Below, one piece after another: positions 51,758-61,422 of a DNA stretch of 64,000 nt. The stretch is from Perkinsus chesapeaki ATCC PRA-425. Its lineage: Eukaryota > Protista > Perkinsozoa. Location: the NCBI GenBank assembly GCA_013115145.1, contig JAAPAO010000023.1:62001-126000 (forward strand). The letters run 5' to 3'. The notes under the pieces were generated by a model. The model saw nothing but the letters and a program-made list of their open reading frames with translations, did no database searches and was not told the DNA's origin. Both the position numbers and the translations under genes were made by a program. Every line of letters starts with the position of its first letter. Within the stretch, counting starts at the first letter, position 1.

Positions 51758-54118
51758 TCACTTGATGAAGAGCATCTCCTGATAGGTCGGGAGTGGCCAG
51801 TACTCATCAGATACGATTTGCTCCAAAGAATCAACAGCCTCTCTTAACGCCTTCATAGTTGGGCGCAGTTCGTCAGCGGCAAACCTCGCATGAGCTTTAG
51901 GATCCTCGCTGGTGCTCTTGTGGTCGACCTTAGCCTTCAGAGCTGCCATAGCCTTGCCTAGATCTTCCACGTACTTGCTAACTTCGACCAGTCTAGAGCA
52001 AGTGAACTCGGGAACGATACCAGTGGCGGCCTTGAGATTGGCTATGTTAGCGGCGAGATCGGTTTGATACTTCAAACATGCGGGGAGAATCATCGTATCT
52101 GGCGAAACCTACACTGTCGTCGATTCCGTTACGACTTACTGGCAATCCTATAAGCACAGCGAGCCTCAACACCGATACGGTTGAAGTAGATTTCCAAAAG
52201 GATGTTCTTCTTTGCCATAAGCTCGGACCGGCTCATCACACCGCAGCTCTCAAACAAGGCGATGGTCTCTGGAGTCGCATACTCCTCGATTGCCTACAGA
52301 GCGACCAATAGAAAAACTAAAGTCGAATGATGCACGCAACTTACCTCCGGCGACTTCACCAAAACTTTCAATCCGCGTCTAACAGCCTCATCCTTCCAGG
52401 TATCGGAATAACCGTCACCGTTGAAAACAACGCGGCCGTGATCCCTATAGACCTCACCAATGATGGCCTTGGCAGACTCCTCGAGAGTCATGCCACTGGC
52501 AATTCTCTGCTCGAGCAAGTCAGCCAAATGCGCCAGACTCTGGGCCATAATGGTGTTCAAGACAATCAACGACGGTGACAATGATTGGCTCGAACCAACA
52601 GCGCGGAATTCGAACTTGTTGCCGGTGAAGGCGAATGGGCTTGTTCTGTTTCGATCGCCGGCATCCTTGTTCAGAGACGGCAGAGTCTTGGCACCCAAAG
52701 TCATCGATGTACGCCTCACACGAGTTTCCAAAGTGTAGTGGCCCGTACTAGGTTCACCAGCTTTAGTAGCCGACTTGATCTGCTCGAAGATATCGAAGAG
52801 CTGGTCACCAAGGTAGATGGAGATGATGGCAGGCGGGGCCTCTTGAGCACCTACAGACAACAACATCAACAGACAGACCAACAACTCACACCTTACCGAG
52901 TCTATGGTCGTTCGACGCGCTGGCAATGCTGCCACGCAAGAGACCAGCGTGGATGTCAACAGCTCTGATAACCGCTGCGATGAAGAATAGGAATCGAGTG
53001 TTGGCACCGGGGTTCTCGGTAGGCTCAAAGAAGTTGCCCTGAGTACTGTTGCCGATACTCCAGTTGACGTGCTTGCCAGAGCCATTAACACCTGCAAATG
53101 GCTTCTCGTGAAGGAGGGCCTGAAAGCCGTGCTTCTCGGCCGTATTGCGCAGAACTTGCATAATCAAATGCTGATGGTCGGAGGCGATATTAGCGGTCTC
53201 GAAGAGGGGAACGATCTCGAACTGTCCCGGAGCGACTTCGTTATGACGGCATTTGATCGGCACGCCAAGCTTGTACAGACGGCTCTCGGTCTCGGTCATG
53301 CACTTCAGCACTCGGTCGGGAATGGCGCCGAAGTAATGGTCATCGAACTGCTGGGACTTAGCTGGTATAGAGCCAAAGAGGGTGCGATCACAAATAACCA
53401 AATCTGGCCTCAACGAGACCAAACGTTTGTCGACCAAGAAGTACTCCTGCTCGGGACCACAGAAACTGGTGATGTTGCTGATATACTCGGACTCTCGGAC
53501 AAAATGGCCGAGGACTCGACGAGCGGAATTCTCTACCGCTTGCATAGACCTCAGCAAAGGAATCTTCAAGTCGATGGCCTCACCAGTCCACGAGACGAAG
53601 GCAGTGGGAATACATAGTGTGAGAGTGCCGCCCTTTTCCAGGACATAGGCAGGTGACGTTACGTCCCAAGCAGTGTAACCGCGAGCCTCGTTGGTACCGC
53701 GGATACCACCGTTGGGGAAGGAAGAGGCATCAGGCTCGCCTTGGATCAAAGACTTGCCATCAAACCTCGTCAGAGCAGTACCGTCTCCACTGGGCTCGAT
53801 GAAGCTCTCGTGCTTCTCGGCAGTGGAACCAGTGTGTGGATAAAAGACATGTGTGAAGTGTGTGGCACCGAGACCAACAGCCCAATCCTTCATAGCAGCG
53901 GCGACTGTATCAGCCAGAGAGGGATCAAGAGCCTCTTGGTTCTCCACAGTGCTGCGCATCTGCTTGTAAATAGAGTTTGGCAAGCAGTCCTTCATGACCC
54001 TATCAGAGAAGACATGCATGCCAAACTGGTCCTTGGTCGTCTTGGTGTTCACACCGTACGACAAGTCACGATTGCCATCAACAATAGATGAAATGGCAGA
54101 GACACGACTGGCGGCCAT
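51758..54118 (-). CDS. glnN: Glutamine synthetase type III, copy 1 (3 introns)
   Basis: [94 protein letters not shown]|[38 protein letters not shown]. Confidence 0.96.
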
Positions 54119-54354
54119 TGCAAAAAATAACCTGTTCAAGAATTGACTAGTTCGCCGTTAATGTTCGACGTTAGCCTATCGACCTCGCTAGTATCTTTAC
54201 TGCAGCACTTAACAACGACACACTAGTAGTCCCATTCAAGTGTGCGCATTGGATTTAGCGCACGCCCCCGGAGACCAAATCTCGCTCGCCCTGGTAATCG
54301 ATATGAGCTATACTTGCCTCTAGTCAGCCTCTTTGTACAGGTAGTCCCGTCAAT

Positions 54355-54758
54355 ATGGCCGCGAAATCTGGCTTGGCCGCTGGCATCAACAAGGGTCACA
54401 CGCTCAACGTGCGTCAGCCCAAGGCTCTTAAGTCTTCTTACTCCGCTAAGAAGCATCTCGCTCGTGAGGTCGCCCGTGAGGTATGCGGCTTCGCTCCCTA
54501 TGAGCGTCATATGATGGAGTTGATCAAGATCGGCTCCGCTGCTAGTTTCAAGCGTGCTCTTAAGGTACTTACGGGAATGCGTTGACTACGTTGAATCGTA
54601 AATGGTTATTTTGATTATCCGTGATGGTTTGTTTGTTTGTTTAGTACGGCAAGAAGCGTTTGGGAACTCACAAGAGAGCCAAGGCAAAGCGTGAGGAGCT
54701 TCAGGCTGACATCATGGCTCAGCGTAAGAAGGCTCACGCTGCTCACGCCCATCACTAA
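54355..54758 (+). CDS. RPL36: 60S ribosomal protein L36 (eL36), one intron
   Basis: [35 protein letters not shown]|[19 protein letters not shown]; TAA 54756-54758. Confidence 0.97.
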
Positions 54759-55096
54759 ACAACTCAATGCTGATGCACGTGAAGGTGGAGGCAGCTGTTC
54801 GACGACTACAACGATGATCAACGACGCTCTGTTTGCTGGTTATCGCTCATCACAGCAGTTGGTGCGGCAGACGCTGTTTCCAGTGCTGGACGGGAACTAT
54901 CCCTTCCCCCGGTGTTGCGTTAAGTATGGTGATGGTCGTGGTGGTGGTGACGGCAGATTTTTGTTGAATCGGGTCTGGCTTGTGCATAGCTTTGCCTGAA
55001 TTACTTCTGCTATATAAAATGGAGGCTGATTAGCGGCATTCTAGCGTATTTGTTGTGATTGCCGTCAGTCGTCTGATCAACAAGTTAATAATAATA

Positions 55097-55171
55097 ATGA
55101 TGATCATCTGTTTTGCATAGTTCACTCTTACTGTTAGTGACGAACAATAACAATCACCATCTTTCGTCTGA
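55097..55171 (+). ncRNA. Box C/D snoRNA, copy 1 (LSU rRNA guide)
   Basis: Box C ATGATGA 55097-55103, C'-like GTGACGA, box D CTGA 55168-55171. Guides GCATAGTTCAC and TCACCATCTTTCG are antisense to the conserved LSU segment CGAAAGAUGGUGAACUAUGC. Confidence 0.85.
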
Positions 55172-55192
55172 TTCCTCTCGTTGTCTGTGGTA

Positions 55193-55263
55193 ATGATGAT
55201 ATTATTAGCATAGTTCACTCCGACTGTCAGTGACGATTAACCTAATCACCATCTTTCGTCTGA
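55193..55263 (+). ncRNA. Box C/D snoRNA, copy 2 (paralogue of copy 1)
   Basis: Box C 55193-55199, D' CCGA, C' GTGACGA, box D 55260-55263. Both guides are identical to copy 1 while the spacers have diverged. Confidence 0.88.
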
Positions 55264-55288
55264 ACTATCCCTCTGTCTGGTAGCAGCA

Positions 55289-55422
55289 GCCTGTTTATAC
55301 TACCTGTGTCGGCTATTTGTCGCCCTCAGGAGGGAAACGCAGGCGATACCGCCGCATCCTGACTCCCATTACCGTCAATTGCTATCTGATGCATTGCCGG
55401 TTTAGTTTAGTCAAGTACATTT
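55289..55422 (+). ncRNA. Box H/ACA snoRNA candidate, copy 1
   Basis: Two hairpins (GCCTG..CAGGC; GACT..AGTC), imperfect H box (ATACCG), ACA 55417-55419. 3' pocket CCCATT / AGTTT lies 14 nt from ACA. Confidence 0.65.
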
Positions 55423-55438
55423 ACACAGTGGAATGGTC

Positions 55439-55575
55439 GCCTGTTTATACTACCTGTTTTGGCTCTTTGTTGCCCTCAGGAGGGAAACGCAGGCCATAGC
55501 ATCCTCGGCTGGCTCCCATTACCGTCCACTGCCATCTGCTGATGCATTGCCGGTTAAGTTATGTCAGTTACACCT
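55439..55575 (+). ncRNA. Box H/ACA snoRNA candidate, copy 2
   Basis: Hairpin GCCTG..CAGGC, H box ATAGCA (55496-55501), hairpin GGCTGGC/GTCAGTT, ACA 55570-55572. Pocket CCCATT + AAGTT pairs with LSU AACUU-UA-AAUGGG, 14 nt from ACA. Confidence 0.75.
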
Positions 55576-55685
55576 CTATGTTCCCCTTAACATGATTTCC
55601 ATTTGATATTGCGAGGTGTTGAGAGTTCAGTGAAGAGTCAATGTTATGTCCTCCTTTCTGTAGCTCTTCTAGATAGTTCACAAGC

Positions 55686-58507
55686 ATGACGGTTGGCAGG
55701 CAAAAGGCTGTGATGTCGATGATTGACCGCAGCACTAATACCTCCCATACCGCGGACCTCTCGGAGACCCAAAACAACTTCGGCAAATACGTTTTCTCGA
55801 TCCGTGTAATGCAGAACCGTCTGCCATCGGAAGTGTTCAAGCATCTGAAGATATGCATGGAAGCCGGTCGGTTGGGGGTTGAGTATGTTTTTCAAGGCAG
55901 CCCCGCTGTTTCAGGAAGGCCCCTTGATCCCTCTTTGGCTGATACAGTCGCCGCTGCCATGAAGGATTGGGCTGTTGGTCTCGGTGCCACACACTTCACA
56001 CATGTCTTTTATCCACATACTGGTTCCACTGCGGAGAAGCACGAGAGCTTCATCGAGCCACGTGGAGACGGGACTGCCTTCACTATGTTCAACGGCAAAT
56101 CTCTGATCCAGGTAAACGGCAGCGATGACAAGCCGTTGATGATTCTCTCAGGGCGAGCCTGATGCGTCCTCCTTCCCGCACGGTGGCATCAGGGACACTT
56201 ACGAGGCCAGGGGCTACACTGCCTGGGACGTCACTGTAGGCGCCGCTCGTTTATTCGACACCCGTCGATACAGTTGTTGTTGTTTGTCAGTCCCCAGCCT
56301 ACCTCATGGAGAGGGGTGGCTGCCTGACCCTCTGTATCCCTACAGCCTTCGTGGCTTGGACCGGTGAGGCCATGGACCTCAAGACGCCACTGCTGAGGTC
56401 GATGCAGGTAGACTGCTGGCCAGCTGCGAGCGTGTCAGATTCGTATTCAGGCTGTCGCTGCCGAGGCCGAAAAGATGCTGGTGCACTTCGTTGGTGACGA
56501 GCCCATGGACCAAGTTGTGTCGTTCTGCGGCGCCGAGCAGGAGTATTTCCTTGTCGACAAGAAGCTCTTCGCGATGAGGCCTGATCTGGTCATCTGCAGC
56601 CGCACACTCTTCGGTCGATGCCCAGCCAAGACGCAGCAGTTCGATGACCATTACTTCGGCGCCATTCCCGACCGAGTGCTCAAGTTCATGACCGAGACCG
56701 AGAGCCTGCTGTACAAGCTTGGTGTGCCGATCAAATGCCGTCACAACGAAGTCGCTCCGGGACAGTTCGAGATTGTTCCGCTCTTCGAGACCGCTAATAT
56801 CGCCTCCGACCATCAGCACATCCTAATGCAAGTTTTGGATAACATTGCCAGCAAACATGGATTCAAGGCCCTGTTCCACGAGAAGCCCTTCAGAGGTGTT
56901 AATGGCTCCGGCAAGCATGTCAACTGGAGTATCGGCAACACCACCCAAGGTAAGCAGCAGCAGCGGTAGCCTGCACTAGAGCTGAGTGCAGGTAACCTTT
57001 TGAACCCGACAGACAACCCCGCTGACAACCTGCCATTTTTGATCTTCCTCTCGGCGGTCATCAGAGCGGTTGATCTACATTCGGGCCTTCTGAGGGCGAC
57101 GGTCGCCTCGTTCTCCAACGACCACAGGCTTGGTACAATACAGTCTTTCTCATCGAATGGTGCACTCTGCAATTTTCAGGCGCGCAGGAGGCGCCCCCGG
57201 CCATCATTTCGGTCTATTTGGGCGACCAACTTCAGGATGTTTTTGAGCAAATTCGTGCCACCATCAACTCGGATAATCGTCGAGGCTCTGGGGGATACAA
57301 TCTCGAGACTAGGGTAGGCGGCCCAACGCCGCGCGTTGGTGGGTTTGTCCAATCTGCTATCAGGTCCGCCGTAGTTCCCTCACACTTGGGGCCAACACCC
57401 TTCCCTCACTTAACAAGGATGCTGGCGACCGTAACAGGACCAGTCCGTTCGCCTTTACTGGCAACAAGTAGGCTGCCGCGGCGGCCACCGGGAACACACC
57501 CGATGCCAGGCCCTGTTGAAATGTGTGTTAGCTTTCTCCGAGAATGAGAACGGTTCTCGGTCAAGCCCCGGGATGTGCTCGTCTGTGACCCTCAGAAAAT
57601 CCAAACCGCAAAAGTTGGAATGTGAAAAAATCGCCGGAAATTTTTATCGAAAATTTTTTCGAACATACGTAGGTTGCGGAATAGTCCAACCGTGCTGACA
57701 GGTTTGAATTCCGTGCCGTTGGATCCAGCGAGTCCCTGTCCCCGGCTCTCATCATGCTCAACACTATGATGGCTGAGAGCCTGAGGGATATGCGGGCTCA
57801 ACTAGAGGAGCGGCTTGGTGAAGGGCTCTCCCTCGACTACGCCGCCAAGGCCGTCATTCGTGATGTCTACAGAGACCACGGCAAAGTCATCTTCAACGGT
57901 GATGGGTACTCGGACGCATGGAAGGAGGAGGCCGCTCGGCGCGGGTTGAAGAACCTCCAGAAGGCCCCCGAGGCATTGGCTGAATATTCCACTGAGGAGT
58001 CCATAGCCTTATTTGAAGGGACAGGAGTGATGAGCAAGTCGGAGGTTGTCTCCAGACAGAACGTCCTGCTTGAGCGCTACGCCAACATGGGTCGCGTGGA
58101 GGCCGAGTGCGCCCATAGAGTTGCTCAGACTCTTATCGCACCGGCGTGCATGCGCTACCTCTCGGAGGTCTCCGGAACTCTGAATTCTTCTAAGGCCGCT
58201 GGTGGCGCCCCGCGGTTCGTACAGGAGCAGTACGCAGCGCTGGGTAAGGGGATTGATGACCTTGGTGATGCCCTTAAGGAAGTGGAGACTGCCATGAATC
58301 ATATCAACGAGAAGGGTGATGTGATGGCTCATGCTAGGTCGGTGGCAGTTTTCCGACATTTTCCCAGAATTCGCTCTCAGGTATGCAGCTGACATTCTGA
58401 ACCCGGCTACCGAGAAGCTCCGTACTGTGGTGGACGCTCTGGAGCTACTCGTGGCAGATGATCAATGGCCCCTGCCTACCTACCAGGAAATGTTATTTAT
58501 GAAGTGA
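55686..58507 (+). CDS. glnN: Glutamine synthetase type III, copy 2 (9 introns)
   Basis: Same GSIII motifs as copy 1 ([61 protein letters not shown]|[18 protein letters not shown]); TGA 58505-58507. Confidence 0.96.
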
Positions 58508-58661
58508 TGATAATGTTATTATAGTCTAAGAGGAGTGCGGCTAGACCCGCTCCTCCGCAATGTCATTACTCGTTTTCATGTCATTATCTCTTGTCAAGTT
58601 CCCCACTAAGTACACAACACATCAATCACTTCCAACAGCGAACTCCGTCATGAACGAACAT

Positions 58662-59106
58662 TTAACCCATTCGGGCGATTCTGGAAGCTCTGGCGCCGCG
58701 TAGCCTATCTCTGATGTTAGCAGTACGACGAGCAAGAGACATATGGTCGACCTTCACGTCGGGACCATTCACCAGTTCGCGCTGACAAGGACTATTGCTG
58801 GGTAGGAATTGGATAGACTTACTGCACGATGGACGCGATGGGCCAGATAGGCCTCCTTGAGCCTCTTAAAGGGGGCCTGGATGGCTCTCATGTGAGCGAT
58901 GATAGCGTTGTGGATGTCGGAGTCCGACAGGGACTTCTTTTGGGTTTCCTAAAATGAACAAGGTTATGTAGATCAGCGTGGAACGAATTGGATACCTCAT
59001 CATCATCGTCATCAATAATGTCCTTTTGTTTGGTCTTAGCCTTCTCAACGCCAGCGGCAATGGCCACCGCGAAAAGAATGTAAAGGATAATGTAACGGAA
59101 TAGCAT
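58662..59106 (-). CDS. Small hypothetical secreted or membrane-targeted protein (3 exons, ~110 aa)
   Basis: MLFRYIILYILFAVAIAAG (signal-like)..DDDDDE|ETQKKSLSDSDIHNAII..RVHRA|RELVNGPD..RIARMG*, with two clean GT-AG introns. Confidence 0.55.
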
Positions 59107-59630
59107 TTAATAGAGAGTAAATAGCTAGGCAGTGCACCATGACCGCTCAGCTACCAGTTAAAGTCAGTTTGGGCGGAATAGATGCTTTTCTTTTAAGCCA
59201 GCCAGCCTCCTCTGTTTGAATTGAGTGTTCCTGCATCGTTACTTCAGCAAGGGCACTTTCTCAGCGACCACGGCGGGGTCGGAAATAGAAAGCCGCTCGA
59301 AAGGGCGATCGGAGGGATGCGCTGGGCGAGCGAGATTTTTGTGCCGGTGGAAATCTGGCCAGCGCGGCGCTCGAAAGTGGTCGCACAATTTCCACCTCTA
59401 AAAGGCTAATGCGACACTCAGAAACTGCATTGCTTATTGTAGTACCCCAGTTTATCGGACCAACCTGTTTCCGACAGTTCAGGGCTCACACTTCCGAAAA
59501 GGGCTCGCGGGACTACCACAGTCTTGTTCGACTGCGTCTAGGTTTCGGAGGCAGGCAACGACTCGAAAGCAGTGGTCGATGAAGGTGACAATAGATCGGG
59601 CGAGTCTCAATAGACTAGACGAACATCATC

Positions 59631-59702
59631 GGCTGTGTGGTCTAGTGGTATGATTCTCGCTTAGGGTGCGAGAGGTCCCGAGTTCAATTCTCGGCACAGC
59701 CC
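59631..59702 (+). tRNA. trnP: tRNA-Pro (AGG)
   Basis: Acceptor stem GGCTGTG/CACAGCC, D-arm TGGTCTAGTGGTATGA, anticodon arm CTCGC-TTAGGGT-GCGAG, T-arm CCGAG-TTCAATT-CTCGG, followed by a T-run. Confidence 0.97.
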
Positions 59703-59989
59703 TTTCTGGCGGCTGACCATTAACTTTTTGTCGTGTGCACTGTTGTGCAGAGCTGCTCATTCCAGAAGGTCCCCTTGAACGCTCTGAAGTTGAAGCAAGA
59801 TAGATTACATCCTAACATATATACTATGCATCCATATATAGTGGACAGTAACGAGCGCAACATCAGTACATATATGATTAAAGTTCACAAGTGAATGAAA
59901 TTGCTTCTACTTTACAAAAAGGCCTCCGAATACGTTCAATGGTACAAAGCACCCGAATGCGAATGTTGAAAGATGTTCCGGCTCACAGG

Positions 59990-61391
59990 TGGATGACGAA
60001 TTCAATCGGTGGGGGCTGCAGCTGTCATCGAATCTCGGATCCTCGCGTGAGCTTGTACAACAACACGTACCAGATCAGTCAGTTCATCGCGCGCTCGCAA
60101 AAGGTCTTCTCTATCATGATGGGCCATGTCAGAGTTTAAGCAGGCCAAACATGCACGCTCGAGTTGCACACCTGAAGAGATGCCATCTGCAATACAAAAA
60201 GGAATCTCCGCAACCTACGTTCCCGCAACAACCGTTCAAGTCGTCTTTCCTGCTCTTCGAAAACTCGGCCGAGTCGTTCCTGCTGCTCCCCACTATTGGA
60301 GTTCTCAGGTTCCGTGCTCGCATCACTATCACAGTCAGCAACTGATGTAACCGACACCGCGGAATCATCTGACATGAAAGCAATGAGTGGCCGATTACAC
60401 CTGCGGCTCGCACCTGCTGCATCGTCATCAGGGCTGGCAGCAGCTTCGGGTGCCGATGAGGCTTCCTGTACAGAAGCATCAGAGTGGAGGGATAAAAGAG
60501 GGCTTGTCATGCAACGCTCATAACATACAAAAGGCACAAGCTGATACAAAGCCCCTACGCCAGCGGAAGTCGTGCGATCGAACGCAAGTCGCGTATGTAT
60601 GTCTTAACTACCGTCACCGGCAGTTTGCTCTCCTTCACTCGAAACCTGCTGTTGCTGTTGTTGTTGTTGCTGTGCGTCTTTGTGGTGTGTCCTCTCCCCA
60701 CAGTAGAACGGCGAGGACTCGTCTCGTATGCTGATCCCCCATTCCCGCTCCAAGGCGTACTCCAGACTCGACAACTAAAGCCAAACAACTCCGTCACAAA
60801 ACAGGCTGTCATGCTCACCGATATCGCATCTTCCTTCCGTCGCTTGGCCACCGAGGCAGCGTCAGATAGTATCTTATCCAGTATGTCATTCCCCATCTTT
60901 TTCAACAGTTCAATCTGCAGCCAAAAGTAGCCCCGAAGGAGTCAGCAGGATCGGCCTCACCGTCGTGTCGTCCATTTCGTCCCCGCCCGGCACCAGAGCT
61001 CGAAGCTGCTCTGTCGTGAGGACATCTGGTAGGGGCGTCGCTTGGGACATACCGCCCAGCTGGGGATTACCGGACATACCGCAAACTCTACCAGAAAAGT
61101 GAAGCCCCTCGGCCAACTCAAGCGACTTGATTCAGAGAACACCTTCTGCATGGCCTCAAAGATTGGCGCATCTAAGCCCGCGTTGCAGGGCATCCGTGTA
61201 CTGATTAACCGCTGCTATTATATCATCGTCAGCCTGCGTTCTGGCTCGAGTCTCCAAATGCACTCCTACTCTATGGCATACCAAGGCTGGAGGAGGACGC
61301 TCTTTACCATTCTTAATCTTTGCCATTTCTTCCAGAAGGAAACCTCTGAACTGCTCATCCTCTGTGATGCGACAGTCAGGTCCGCCTGGGC

Positions 61392-61422
<31 letters not shown>

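Noticed and set aside
52327-54091. Plus-strand ORFs overlapping GSIII copy 1 (and 56379-56819 over copy 2)
   Set aside because: Antisense frames of strongly codon-biased genes, with no independent coding signal.
54488-54497. GCTTCGCTCC match to the intron motif in RPL36
   Set aside because: Lies in the conserved coding GFAP and is explained by protein constraint; not counted.
55321-55395. GAAAC plus CTGATG as a possible hammerhead ribozyme
   Set aside because: The core reads CTGATGC rather than CUGANGA and the stems do not fit. An H/ACA fold explains the region better.
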